DNA of 63,400 bases, filler included, from Phoronis australis (GCA_002633005.1; 4 parts of 4 records of this genome joined end to end with filler, not necessarily neighbours in it); one strand, 5' to 3'; shown: positions 48,937 through 62,930, counted from the first letter of the whole stretch. Notes: generated from the letters alone by a model not told the origin. A program made the numbers and translations.

Positions 48937-51351
48937 ATTGACTGTGGCGTCTTCTAGTGGCATTTTTTTTCGCACTTAGCTGTATCCTTAGCCCTCTGCA
49001 GAATGTTTATTAAATTTAACAAGTATATGACGTTGACAACGGAAGACGACAACTTTCAGATGGATCCGATGAATGCATTGTCCCCTACTGGCAATTTCAT
49101 TTTTTCCATTTTGCTAATAGTTTCTTGACGGATTTTCATGAAATGGGGTAAATAGCTTTCTGTTAAAAAACCTGAATTTTTATGATACAAATAAACACCC
49201 TAGAAGCACACCATTTGTAGTGCATTCGTGGGCGCATTTCAATGCTCCGCGTTGCTCTTGTTGTTTTTTAGGTTTACCTCTGTATCTTGGAGGTCCTTAA
49301 CAGATTTTCATATAATTTAGCAAATACCTCTGTTATCTTTCCGTTTTCGGATGGATTTAGGATATTTTGCACCACCTGGTGGCCATTTTACTGTTTTCAA
49401 GTCTGTGCCCAGCCCCTCTGTCAACCAAATCACTGATGATTGTGAAAATTGGCATATATGTTCCTGCTGTTAAGAGGACGGCTGACAATGATTGGACAAT
49501 TTTGACTACTATGACTCCTCCTCAGTGGCAGTTTTTTGTCTTCTGAGCTCTCTTGGGAAGGATCAGTTTATGAAATTTGGCGAGTGTATTTGTATGAACT
49601 TGACATGGTGACATTTGGATAGATCCAACTCACAACTGAGCCCACTAGTGGCAATTTTTTTTTCATTGCCTTCTTTGTCTTTGTTGCATGTTGATGGATT
49701 TTTATTAAAGAGGCAATGACAGGCTCCCATTTTTGGATAGATTTGACGTATAGTGGCAAATATCATGAAATTTTGCAAATAAATTTCTGTTTAGGAGACG
49801 AAGCCTTCTCATTTTTGGGCTGATGGGATGTATTCTGCGCCACCTGTTGACAATTTAAAAAAATTTGAGTACTTTTTTGACATCACCCTCTCCATCCACC
49901 AAACCGCTTCAAGGATCATTACTGAAAGTGAGAGTTGTGATCAGAAGACCGAGACTGACATTGATTTTCGGACGAGCTTTACTACTCTGGCGTGCGCCCT
50001 CTATTGGCAATTTTTTCCATCTACGGCTTTACCTCCTTTACTGTTTACAACATCTTTGTCAAATTTTTCAGATATATTTCAACAGATGACAAGTTTCAGA
50101 CCAATCCAAGTATAGCTGTACTTCCTCTTGCCTCTGTAACTTCAGAGTTCCTTGATGCTCTTTCATGAAATTTAGTAAACTAGCAACTATTATGAAGGTA
50201 ACCGCACCTTTCCATTTTGTGGTAGATTCCACGTATTCTGCTCCAGCTAATGGCCATTTTGATTATTGATTTCAATAGTTGTATTAGCCCTGGAATGCCA
50301 ACTCCTGCTCATGGCCTATGTATACTATTCTATTATAAAGTTGTGACGCAGGGACTAGCCTTATGTAATTGGGATGAGTTGCAAAAAATTGTAGTGACAA
50401 ATTCCATAGAAAGAACAAACATCGTAACAAACGAATGCAATCACAGCGCAACCTCAGCGGCATGAAATTGAAGTTGGCATTCCATGAATAGACTTCTGTG
50501 GCTTCAGAATGGTAAAGAATTGACACAGCGGGTAGCATTTATTGATGCTCACCAATCTGGTTACTTATAATAACATGGTCACGAGAAGTGTAATTTAACT
50601 AGGATTACATTATAAACCTCTAAGCTCAACATCAGTTAAAGTTATGGTTTACCTAGATAAACAGAGGAATTGGTCTCATTGGAGAACAGTTTGTGTGCTT
50701 GAAGTGAACACATTGAAAAGTATGGCTGTTACATGAAAAATTAAGTTTTGAATCTGGGCCATTGTCTGAGGTCGAGACTGAATCTCTTGCCCTCCTCTTA
50801 TACAGTAGAACTCTCTAAATAGGTAGTGCTTCAGTGGGAACTTTAGAAAGGTTAGCATTAATTACGCAGTAATGCCTCCAAATAACTCTGACTTTGATGA
50901 AATGTCTCAGTCTCATTGGATCAAACTTAGAGAGTCTAGCTGTAGTTCAATGAGATATCAACTAACACAACACAGCAACCACTGAATCTCAACCCAAAAG
51001 CTCCACTATGCAATAGCTTTAGATGTCTATGACATGGTATAAAAACACAAAAAGTATGCACATGTGTTGGAAGTGGGAAATATGGAGGGACTTCTTGTAC
51101 CACTCACTCAAAAATTCCGAAGAAAATGTTCAAATTTTGTGCAAGGAATTATTATGTCGTACAATTTAGATGATATTGTTGCACAGAAAGACTGACGACC
51201 CAAACAGGTACCTTTTCACTCCCACTGAAGAAAGTCTTTCTATACCGATGCACTGTATGGGACAGCAACAGTTAAGTGCAAATCAAATGTACCTAAAAAG
51301 TTATGCCACAATATTTATACTCATTGTATTGAAGAAACATTGAAATATTTC

Positions 51352-51499
51352 CAGGGGCGGATCTAGGATTTTGAGTTAGGGGTGCCAGGGCTATAGTGTT
51401 AGCCAGGATTTTGCCCGTCAGACATTCGCATCCCGAACTGTACAATGGAATCTGGGAGAATTTTAGGGAGGGGCATGGCCCCCACTAAAGCCGCCACTG
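51352..51499. mobile_element. 148-bp MITE, same TIR family
   Basis: caggggcggatctag...ctaaagccgccactg; flanks ATTTC / GTTTC (4 of 5 match). Confidence 0.78.
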
Positions 51500-51751
51500 G
51501 TTTCAATGTAAGAACATTAGTATATCACCGGGTCTATGTATACAAATGGGACAGCCAAATGCCACACACAAAAGTTTTTCACAGTTTCCAGTGCTGGTAC
51601 TATAAACACTCTGGCATTGCTATCTGTACCACTATAAAAAATTTAATCTAAAACGCTGGTAGTTACTGTCAAATATGTGACGGAAAGTAATTCCAGTGCT
51701 GTCCATTGACAAAGCAGCCAGTCTGAATTGATCGGGACAACGGATCCTCAT

Positions 51752-52207
51752 CAGTGGCGGATCTACGTTTTCACCAAGGGGGGGTTTAGGATTCCCGCCA
51801 AGCTCGAATCCTAGGCGCGTGGCGGCGAGCGTTGGGAGGTCGGGAGGGGGGTTTCCCCTCCCGAGTAAGATATTTTTTGTTTTTGTAGCCAAATAGTGAA
51901 ATTTCCATGCACCCTGGTAAGTTTCTGGCACTTAACATGTCTCTGGAATTTTTCTTAAGATAATTAAAAACCCTTCTCGATTTCGTCACATGAACGTGAA
52001 ACCATATTGTGCACATCTGGATATGAGTCACGCCACCAGCAAAAATTTTTGTTGGAACATCTGCTTACAAACACCTTTTTTAGCATACGAAAAGTCGTAT
52101 ACGAAAAAGTGTGGTGTGTACACACGCTGGCGGTGCCGTTTTTGTTTTGCTGGAGACGCTTTTGTTTTTTTTTAATTTTTGGGTCCTGGCCCGAGGGGGG
52201 GTTTAAA
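51752..52207. mobile_element. MITE end of the same family, cut at N52208
   Basis: cagtggcggatctacg start plus the gggaggtcgggagggggg motif shared with the 44450 copy. Confidence 0.65.
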
Positions 52208-52208
52208 N

Positions 52209-54375
52209 CTCAAAAAAACTATTGATTCCGCCAAGCAATCTTACTATTATGACACATTCAAAAAAGGGAAGTCTGACGTAAATAAAACATGGGATACAAT
52301 AAAGACAGTTATGAACAACGGCGTTCGAACAAACAATCATACCCCAGAATGTCTCTTACGTTCAGATAACACTAAAACTAGTGACATACCCGAAATGGCA
52401 AGTTTATTCAACACCTACTTTACCCAAATCGGCCCATCCCTTTCTGAATCAATAACTATGATAAAAACAAGAATTTCAAAGACTCTTCCCACGCCAAACA
52501 AATTTAAGTTCTCTTTCAAACCAATTAATAATAGACATGTACTAGATATTATAAGAGACATGGACGCAAAAAATAGCACTGGTCATGACAATTTATCATC
52601 TAAAATTATCAAAATATTATAAGCAGTCCTTTTATAATTGAACCTCTCACGACCATCATCAACCAGTGCTTGCACACTGGTATATTTCCAGATGCATTAA
52701 AGATTGCTAAAGTGATCCCAGTTTTTAAACAACATGGTTTGGACCCAGAGCACCCGGGCAATTAAAGACCTATTTCTATTCTTCCAACAATCTCAAAAAT
52801 TATAGAAAAAAATATCCATAATCAACTTTCAACTTTCCTAAATGAAAATGATATACTTAATAAACATCAATATGGTTTCAGGAAATGTCACTCTACAGAA
52901 CTTGCTTTGCTTGAACTTTTAGACCGCATTTGTTCCCATCTTGATAATGACATGAATCCCCTGGTCATCTTTCTAGATCTCTTGAAAGCTTTCGACACAA
53001 TAGACCACCAAATATTCTTGCAAAAGATAAATGACTATGGTATTACTGGAGTTGAATATACACTGTTTAAAAGTTATCTCTCAAACCACACTCAATATGT
53101 TTCACTAAGTGATACAACTTCCAGTTGGTTACCAATATCTACCGGAGTTCCCCAAGGCTCTGTCCTTGGCCCACTTCTCTTACTAGTTTACATAAATGAT
53201 GTTTCGTTTTCTTCTTCCTTGGGCACACTTCTTTATGCGGACGACACTTGCCTAGTCACACCTTACAAACTGACTGAATCTTCCCAACACACTTTACAGC
53301 AATCAACCACCATCAACAACAACCTTAAATCTATTTCAGACTGGTTTTCTGTGAACAAACTTTCAATTAACACATCAAAAAGTAAATTGATGATCTTCCA
53401 CTACCCCCAAAAGAAAATTGAAAAATGTATTATTCCCACCATTTCTATAAATAGCAAAACAATATATCATGTGAACAGTTTTCCTTTCCTTGGTATTACT
53501 GTTGACAAAGACCTCTCATGGTTCCCCCACATTAACCTCATCTCAAACAAACTTAACAATCTTGGTGGACTCTTATACAAACTGAAATCTTATCTTCCTC
53601 TTCCAGCTCTCAAGGTGATCACTTGTCCTTCCACATTTAAACTATGGCATTGCAACTTGGGGTTTTGGCAACACTAAGAAACTTCAGACAGCCCAGAAAA
53701 GAATCCTTAGGAATATATCAAATTCCAGTTATAATGCTCACTCTCTGCCCATATGTAAGGAACTTCCCCTCCCTCTAGTTCAAGACATCTTTAAAATTTC
53801 AACTGCAAAATTTTACTACAAATTCCTCAATAATCAGCTTCCTAAGTATTTTTACACTAACAACTTCTTTAGTCACAACCCATCCAATATAAGCCAACCA
53901 GACACATTAAAACTCCTACATACCTGAGTCAATACTCAGCTACTATACCGACAATACAACCCAAAATTTTAATTCCTCCGTCCAACAAATTGTCATCAAG
54001 AGCCTGTATTAGATTTCAGATTCCTCGACTTATAAACAACAACGAAATACCAGTCTCTGCTCTAAATATAATAAAAACGCATTCTTTGCAAGCATTCTCC
54101 AGGTTCTTAACCAATTTTATTATTAGCAACTACGATCCAGTTTGTCATATTTCCAATTGCTTCATATGTAACAGTATCTAATTGTATTCTCAAAATCTCC
54201 TAAGCTGTGCCAGTTTACTTCTTGGTTCCTGGCGTGTCGGTCGTTTTCAGCACTAATTCACTGTTTTCTTAAGTATTCCCATATTTTTGCATTTCCATTT
54301 TGTTTATCTTGTACAGGGGACCTTTTTATTAGCGGTCAATAACCTTTAGAAGGCCTCCTAATTGAAATCAAATTT
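52209..54375 (+). mobile_element. CR1/L2/Crack-group LINE, RT region to 3' end, decayed
   Basis: KSDVNKTWDTI; QYGFR; IFLDLLKAFDTIDH; GVPQGSVLGPLLLLVYIND; YADD; ends CHISNCFIC. Contains stops and frameshifts. Confidence 0.92.
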
Positions 54376-54378
54376 TAA

Positions 54379-54578
54379 TCAATGTATTATTATTATGTAA
54401 TGTAAATAAAAGCGTTTTCTCTCTCTCATCTGTGCCACGGCATCCTCCTTGGACACATCTGGAGCACCAGCAGTCGGCATTGGAGGGGCATCAATTTCTA
54501 AGCGAATTTCAAGATCACCGGCTTCTCTTTTGTTCCACACTAAGTGCAAGGTGTTCTCCCTTACTTCATTTACATACT
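54379..54578 (-). pseudogene. possible terminal exon of a Kolobok-type transposase
   Basis: Acceptor gcttttcag at 54581-54579. EYVNEVRE..APPMP..VSKEDAVAQMRERKRF resembles, from memory, the YV..PP.L..KEEAV..RF tail of Kolobok transposases. Confidence 0.35.
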
Positions 54579-55334
54579 CTGAAAAGCATAACAGCAGCAA
54601 TTCAAAAGTAAAAAAAGCATTTTGAATCCAGAGTAGTCCATGATTAAAGTAAAATACGACGATAACTAAGTGCAATTTTTCTCCTACTTTTATAACCTTC
54701 AAGCAATAGCCAAAACTAGATTTTAATCCTGTTTTTTTTGAAGCAGATTACTTTAATAATCAAAACCTTGGAATTGAGTTACCATCGTGTTTTACCGGCA
54801 GTTGGCTGACTCGACTGTCATTTTCCAAAGACGAGCAGCACTCAAAAACATGCCATTACGCGGCCAAGTGCTTGTCTTATGGGAATTTAAATGGGCTCAC
54901 GCCTTCCACCTGGGTGGTGTTAGAACAGTTAGCGCACACACACCGATGCACCATTGCTAATTAAAACACGCCAAGATTGAACGGTCTTTGTTCGTCATGT
55001 ACTGTGATATAATGGCGGTGAACTGCATTGTGGGATATGATCTAGTTTGTGTTCCCAACACCATGTAACGGTATCAAAAGTCAACTTTTCGCAGATTTCT
55101 TTTTTATTTTTGCTTTTTTCAAATAACTAAAGATACAATCATACAATAATTTGAATAAAATATATCCAAATACCGGTAGCAATACCTTGAAGATATTATT
55201 GCAATTTAAGATACTTGGACCTTGCAAATTACACTTAAAAAATAATTATAAGAAATCAATTAACTAAATGTAGATGTGTTCTGTTTGGCAAGCTTACATT
55301 CAATATCACCAGAACAGACTATTTTTTATTTATA

Positions 55335-55812
55335 TGTATACGTGTGTGTGTGTAGTTGTGTATTCGTGTGTATGCTTGTATTTATGTACTTTGTGTGTAT
55401 GTATGTTTGTTTGTATTTATAAATGTATGTATTTATGTATGTGTGTGTATATTTGTGTATGTGTATCTGTGCATGTGTATGTGTGTATATATGTGTGTAT
55501 GTATATCTCTTACTATTATTAATTATTTATTGTCTGTTTTATTAAATATTTATGTTTGTATTTTATTTAATCATCTTATCTTACTTTTATTATCTTCTAT
55601 TTATCATATTTTATTTTTATTTTGTTGCATCGGTCTTTCCATTTTAATTTCTTATTTTTTGCTGATTATTTAAATATTGTCTTTCATTTTGTAATTCTGT
55701 TAGTTTGTCTTACTGTCTGTATGTTTTTACTGAGGGTCCCCACTGAAAGCAGCTGTGTGAACTGATGGGGCTTCCCTCATTGTAAATATTACATAAATAA
55801 ATGAATAAATGA
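55335..55812 (+). repeat. TG/TA-rich microsatellite and AT-rich tract ending in a LINE-like 3' terminus
   Basis: (TG/TA)n at 55335-55505; hairpin gagggtcccca...tggggcttccctc followed by aaataaatgaataaatgaa. Confidence 0.65.
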
Positions 55813-56390
55813 ACTAAACAACGGAATTTAATTCAGGAAGGTATCTGAAAGTATAAACTGCGGAATCTATTTTTGATTTATACCAAACTACAACCTCTTG
55901 GGTCTTGTTACCATGTCTTTTTCGTCAAATTTAGCGAAAGGTACATTCATAGCCAAACGAGATCAACATCATGACCAAATTTCATTTCATATGAATGTCT
56001 GTGAGACATAATCACAAAAACACAGTTTTCTAAATTATTACTTCATTTTCGTATGAAATTAGTTTTTTTCATAAAATTTGTAGTAGACCTAATTTTGATT
56101 GTGGGACATACAAAAATGGAATATTTTAAAAATAACAGTTTCTTGGAGAACAGTCCATAAGGCTGAAAGTTTCATATCAATTCTTTCAGCCATTTCTGAG
56201 ATATGCTCCTAAGTAAGTCTAATTTTGACATTTTTCTAGAATTCTAGATAACCTTAAGCTATGTTTTGTTTGTCAACTCAACAGAACTGTTGATGATGTT
56301 TTGACTTTGTCATCTGGAAGTTACACATTACACACTCCTGGCGAATCTTTTTAAACCTCGAATAACCGTTTTATGTCCTATTACCTACAG

Positions 56391-56625
56391 GTTTGTGGGT
56401 CACTTCAAATCTCGTAGGGAATGTCACCAGGAGATGGGCGACCAGGCACGTAAGTCCACCAATGTCTACATCAAGAACTTTGCCGACCACTACGATGATG
56501 AAGTATCGCGTGAGGACTTTGAGCAGTTTGGCAAGGTGGCCAGCTATACTGTGATGAAGGATGCACAGGGGAAGGCAGGTGGCTTCGGCTTTGTAAGCTA
56601 TGAGGAGTCGGAGAGTGCTGAGAAG
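56391..56625 (+). pseudogene. PABPC1: isolated PABPC-like exon (end of RRM2, linker, most of RRM3)
   Basis: ctacag acceptor, gtgag donor. FVGHFKSRRECHQEMGDQARKSTNVYIKNF..FEQFGKV..VMKDAQGKAGGFGFVSYEESESAEK is open but changed at normally conserved positions. Gene versus pseudogene is unresolved. Confidence 0.78.
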
Positions 56626-56815
56626 GTGAGCAGAGAACGCGACTAGGAAGGAATGGGAGTCAACACCCTTGATGCCTTGATTGTGGGGCCAAATATCGAC
56701 CCTAATCACCTCTGAAGAATACTGAAAATTCTGCGTAATTCCCCTCCTTGGTCGCCAAATTTCCCCTCTAATTATTAAAATATTCTCAAAAATCTTCACT
56801 CGTGCTTGTGCAGTG

Positions 56816-56915
56816 NNNNNNNNNNNNNNNNNNNNNNNNNNNNNNNNNNNNNNNNNNNNTTAATTAATTAANNNNNNNNNNNNNNNNNNNNNNNNNNNNN
56901 NNNNNNNNNNNNNNN
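56816..56915. other. artificial contig spacer
   Basis: N44-TTAATTAATTAA-N44. Confidence 0.98.
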
Positions 56916-58618
56916 CAAAACACGAGCGAAGTGTCGGTCGTAATTACGAGCGCAATAACGCGCGACACTTTCACCCGAATGGCCTACTATCCGTCGCATT
57001 TTTGGGTTCGTTCTTCCACGGGAAGGCCCGTTCTTCACGTCGGAATGTCTTTCTTCTACATTGGCCAGTTTGAGTTTCATGTCGCGGGATAAAGAATATG
57101 TTGATGTATTGTTGGAAGCATATTGGAAAAACGAAAACCAAAAACGTACTCTTACATTTTCATCTGGTGGTCACACATATCACAGTAAAAATTCCAAGAA
57201 AGAGTCGCGTTGAGGTGATCTACGACCGTACTTAAAATGTTCTGAATCAAGTTTTGCAAACTTCGGAACGCCTTACCGCAGAAATGGCTGATCCCATTCA
57301 TACGATACTTTCGTACGTTATGTTTTATGCACCGTTCTTTAAAATACCGTTACGATTTTGAATGAGGGCCGGATATCAAAAATGGGACTGTCATAAATTT
57401 CATGAATCAAAATCAAACGTTGCATATCTGGTCAAAACTAAACCCTAAAAATTAGAAAACTGTGACAATGTTTCTCAGATTTCATCTTGAATATTTAGGT
57501 CATCGACATTGATACCCTTGTTTTGCCATGAAGGTACTGTTGTTGTTTGCTATGTTTTACTAGAAACCACACCGTCACGTGACCCTGACGATTAATGTGA
57601 TATCTGTGGCATCCAGGGGGGGGGGGAGTGGTGAATTGCGGGTAAAAAGGTCCGTCTCTGAGAAACAAAAAGTCCGGCGAGTAAACGATACAAAAGTCCA
57701 CTAAAAAGGCGCAGACGCAGAGCTCATAGACATGAAGGTGGTACCACGTTTTCATTCATTTTTTTTTCGTCCTCCCGCTTTTATGTTAGCAAAAGGTCCA
57801 CTTTGACAGAGATTCGAGCCCCCCTCATATGAAAAGGCTGGGTGCGCGCATGGATGGTGTTCTACTTTCAGAAAATACACAATTTTCATGCTCAATTTCT
57901 ACAGTTTAATAGATAGTTGGAACAATGGAAAGGCATGTACATACAGTGTGTGTGTGACTGTTAACCATGAATGAGGCTATGCTTCGTTGCCTATAACGCA
58001 TGGCGATTTCCCGCCAAGATTAGGCCATCGCAACATGCTAGTACTCTCCTGCACCGAACGCAAGCCGCCGGGTCGGACATATTCAAGCGAGTTACCGTTT
58101 CAAAGGTGGGGTGTGCGTTACCGATTATGTTAATGTACCTGCGAATGTTGTCGCAAATTTGTCAGTGCGTCTTCTCGTCAGACCATATCTTTTACAAAAT
58201 CAAAAGAAATCTACGACAGAACAGGAAGCTTTTACAATATAGCGGGAATGCCTGTGGCATGCGCACTGCTATGGGCTTCAGTCATCAATTTTCCGGCTCG
58301 TAGCGAGTAATAAATTATAAGGTTTATCTAAACAACAGTCACAGCGTCTGAAGCACTTTCCACAGTAAATTCCGCAAAAGTTTGGTGAAACGTGGCGAAG
58401 TTTTTATGCTTTTGCGCAAAAAAAAATTCCGCATTCCCGATTCCGCACAACATTGTGCTAAATTTTCCGGAAAAGCGATTTTTATGAACGGGCTGTCTAT
58501 CATTGGTCAGATTTAAATGCAGCGACTTTAGTAACTTGCTAAACTTTACTTGGTACCCACGGGAGTTGCCGGTACAACTTGCATCTACCACGGGCACCAG
58601 AAATCAAGGTAGATTAGA

Positions 58619-59618
58619 TTCAGCAACGCAAGGACCTCACTAAAAAGCAAGACTTCGCGAGATTACGAAAGATCAAAAGTGTCGAGTACATTTTGATCTT
58701 GGCTAGAATTTTCTAGTCGAGATACAGCTACTGAATTTTCAGTATTGTGATTGGCTAATGCTGTTGTTTGCAGTGCACTCACTCAGCAGTGTGACAATTA
58801 AATGCACATAAACTTCGTTTTCTACAGAACATTTACAACTTAAAACGTGGTAACGTTCTTATAGAAATACGTTACTTAATCATAAATGGCAAAGTGAATT
58901 TCCAGGTAAAAGTGCATCTCAAGACTCGCTTATTATGGAGAACATGCACAGCGTATACCTAAAATATATCAGCGACCGAATAAATATAGTTCACGTCCTA
59001 CTTTACACACTTTTCATTGATAAATTCCACATGTATTCAACGCAGTTGTAAACTAATACTCAGTTTCCAAAGAATCGATTACATAGAAACACATAGGCTT
59101 GCATTAAGACGGCACGCTTAATTAACAACCGCAAGGCCACGGTACGTTTACTAGCGAGTAGAGCAGAAGCTATTTCATAAATATCAGGTACATCCATCGC
59201 AAGATATCTCACGATGACGCATGGTGATGTATGGAGGGCAATACTTACTGAAATAAACTGAAATGTCAAGGGCCGAAACTGATAATTATTTAACGTGTTG
59301 GTGTTCTTGGAATGAAATTTTTCGTGAAAAGAAATTTGACTTTATAACTTTAGCTAAAAAGTACTACGCAGCCAGCATGTTTGGGCGCGCAAAGTAATGG
59401 GCCAATTGCCAAGGGCCAAGGGTCATAAACCAGCAGTAGGAATGCAAGGAAAGCCAAGAGTTATCGCACTGGACACAAGGGTCTAGCACGAAGCCTAGCG
59501 TGCGTTCAGTAACGCTAGGACCTAGCTATCTAGCCAAAGTCACGTATTCTCAAACATGGCAGTATCTCACGTAATCTCGCGAAGTCTTGCTTTTTAGCGA
59601 GGTCCCAGCGTTACTGAA
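58619..59618. mobile_element. 1-kb non-coding element with about 49-bp inverted repeats
   Basis: ttcagcaacgcaaggacctcactaaaaagcaagacttcgcgagattacg mirrored at 59570-59618; a partial third copy near 59506. Confidence 0.75.
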
Positions 59619-61624
59619 CGGGAGGCAGGCTAAGACGGGCCAAAAGTCAGAAAAGCTGTTTAGAACTTGAAAATTCGGCTCAAGTTTGACTGGCTAATTT
59701 AATTGTTGAAAGTAGCTTTACTATTCTTGTCAATCGGCTTACATTTGGACCTTCAGCAACTGCAGGGGCCATAACGCTATAAAAACTCAGAACTTCAACT
59801 TTTTAGCAGATGTGTAGCCTAATAACTTTTGATTTCCAGTTTCTGCGGGAAAGCTTTCACTTAGTCACACTCTGTAGTAAGTTGCATTATGATTGACAGA
59901 TGTCAACGTAAGACTAGCAACTTTGGACACTGAGTTTTTTACCAATACTGGTTAATTACTGTGGATACAGTCGTGTTGCCATGTGTCAGTTAGATATACG
60001 GACTGGTTGTTCGCCCACCCTGTAGGGTTTGTTTAAAAGGTTACTAAACCCGGATTTGCGTTAGACACTGGACTCCTAAAGCGGTCGTGATTACTTCTTC
60101 ACGGATTTGTACGCAGATCGCGGGAGACGGAATTCTTTGATATCAAGAACACAAATGTAACTTCCTTAGCTGAGTGCCGCGCAGGACTCCAGTTACCACA
60201 TTAGTGATGACTTATGCGAAGCCATGCCTGAAATGAATTAAACTATCGTGGACTAACACTGATGATCTGTTTTACTTCACAAATTGAATTTCCCGAATTT
60301 TGGAAATGCAATGTGTGAGCCTAAAACGATATTATCGTTCTGCCTTGCTTTTGAAAACCCGATGAGCTCCAACAGAGATCGTTAGAAAGTTTCACAATAG
60401 GCTATAGCTAGGTCGATTGCTATCTGTTAACCGCTTTCTTCTGCAGTTGGAACTGCATGGGCCTATCGCTAGATATTTTAATATCTGTTAAAACAACGAC
60501 TTTCCCATCAGTCCAGCTCAAGTCAACGATTTAATTGTAATCTTCGACAACTATCAAAAGCTTGGTGGAGCAAATTAATTTTGGAAACTATACGCATAAA
60601 AATAAAGCTGCGACTCAGCCAACGCTTAAGGCGAGTTACACAACTGTATGGAAAGAACACATACCAAGACTCACGATATTCGTTCCATCGATAACACAGT
60701 GAATAAGTGTTTCTAGTAGAAATCTGCTTTTGTCACTCGAGTGACTGAGACGACAATGGTGTATTAGCAGCACATAAACAGTGTTTAGTATCATTTTGAA
60801 TAATATAACCATGAAGCTGGCTGTTTCCTTCAAAACTCGAAAGCCTTTTTACTAATTGTTCATCTCTTTTCCGTCACTATACCGAACGAAATGAATATAA
60901 ACTGCTCCCTCTCGTTTCGCTGCAAATCAGCTCCACCAACAAATAAATAAATAAATAAAACAAGTTTAATTTCTTCTCCCGGACCTACTGAGGTTTCTCT
61001 CTCCACTGAGACTTACCTGTCAATTTTTAAAAGGTCGTAATTTCCGACGGCCGAAGCTACTAATCAAACTTCTCCATGTTAGCAATCGGGCACTTAGTGT
61101 ACTTTACAAACTTCGGTCAAACCGGTTACATACTGAGAAATGCTCATGCAGCGCTGTTGTACCTAGAATTGCTGTTCCACTCGAGGTCAACACCATGTTT
61201 ACATCTGGTGCTGCGATTAACTCTTATCAAAACAATCTCATTTTTCAACCACATGCACATTAGCAAAAGAACCAAAGTATGCATACCTACATTCATTTTT
61301 ACACAAAGCAACGCAGCAAGAACAGTGAACATTTGCCCATGGATAGTGGATGCGAAGCAAGAGTTGTTTTTAAATATTTACAATATTTATAATACTATTG
61401 GTGTTTACACACTAATGGTAACTACACAAGTGAAACGGTAATGAGAATAGGGATATTTACAGGAAGTTTACGAAGACTAACTATAAATAACATATTTACA
61501 GCAGAGTGTCCAGTTTTAACTTTCTCATGACTCTTTGAGGATGATAAGTTATCTGCAATTTTAATGGCATGGGTCTAGAGAGTTCCATAATTTAGGNGGT
61601 GGCTATGAGCCCCATACTTTTTTC

Positions 61625-62930
61625 AGTGCTGCGCCGCCCATGTTGTAGGTGAGTGTGACGAAATTCTGTGGACACCTAGTTGTAGAGAGAAATCTGCTTG
61701 GTCGTAGATAACAGGTAGTCGAAGTCCATGTGTTGTCCGGTTTTATGTACAGTTTTTGAGAGCTATTTTGAATGACTTTTCCAGTTTATCGGTACTTTTT
61801 TGGGGACAGAAATGCCACACAATGTCGCAACAGTTCAAATACAACTTTTAGCTGTAAACGATCGTCCTGGGAAATGAGATTCTTTATTTTACGTAGAATT
61901 GTCACCTGTTTTGCAGTCTTTTTACGATGTTGGTAATGTGTGTTTCGAAAAACAGTTTGTTGTCAACATATACTCCGTAGAGGTCGACGAAGGTTTGGAG
62001 CGGTTTAACTATGGAGTTCGTAACAAAGGATGGAAAGCGATTCGATGGTTTTCTGTGGAGGAATATTGGTTGAGATTTATACGGGTTAAAGAGCATATAG
62101 TTGTGAGAGAACCAGTGAACAGTGTTTAGATAGCAGTTGTTTTTAGTTTTCCAAAGTGTCCACGTTGGCCGAGGCGTAACACAGGTTGAAAATATTGAAA
62201 ATGAGCAGGCCTAACAGAGACCCCCGTGGGACTCCTGTTGGTGTATTGTACCAGTCCCATACAGTAGGCCCTTTGCTTTCTATTGGCGAGTTAGCCTTAA
62301 ACAGTGGAGGGTTACGAGGCACTGAGACCGTAGACTTTCAATTTGGCGAGGGCGAGGTTATGAGTTATGCAGTCGAATGCTTTACTGAGGTCGAGGCAGA
62401 TGAGACCGATGAAGCGATTACAGTTCACGTGAGTTTCCTAGTCTTCAACGAGTGCGGTATTGCAGCCATGGTTTTTTCCGGTACGCAGATAGCTGAGGGG
62501 ACAGGAGAGGAGATAGGTGACTCGGAGGGGGTAGGTGAGGGGATAGGTGAGGGGATAGGTGCATGAAGGGATAGACTCTTTTCAAAATAGGTAGTTAGTT
62601 GATTAAATAGTTCGTTCGAAAATTTTCGACATGCTGGAAAGCATTCATGTGACAGGATGCCGGGTGTATATAGTTTTGTCTGTTTCCATGCCCTTCGAAG
62701 AGTGGGGTTATTTCTCCTTCTTTGATACATGTGGGTATCCTTTTCTATAAAAATATTGATTAAATTTGCTACAGATAGTGCCAGAGCTGAGGCAGCTGCT
62801 TTGTGCGACCTTCCGGGAATCTGATCGGATCCTGTGGCTTTGATGGTGTTGAAATCGAGGAGAATCTTGAAGGTTGTCGCTTCATCATTCGTAGGATGGA
62901 ATGTGAAATTACTGTTTGAAGTCAGGATGA
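61625..62930 (-). mobile_element. highly decayed CR1-group LINE RT
   Basis: Minus-strand remnants IKATGSDQIPGR, DLSKAFDCITHNL and GVPRGSLLGLLIFNIF; many frameshifts. Confidence 0.75.

Noticed and set aside
55274-55673. Cys/Val/Tyr-rich ORFs
   Set aside because: Translations of TG/TA microsatellite and AT-rich sequence.
23824-56915. Recurring TTAATTAATTAA palindrome inside N runs
   Set aside because: The identical 100-nt layout three times marks a synthetic linker; adjacency across these joins is unproven.
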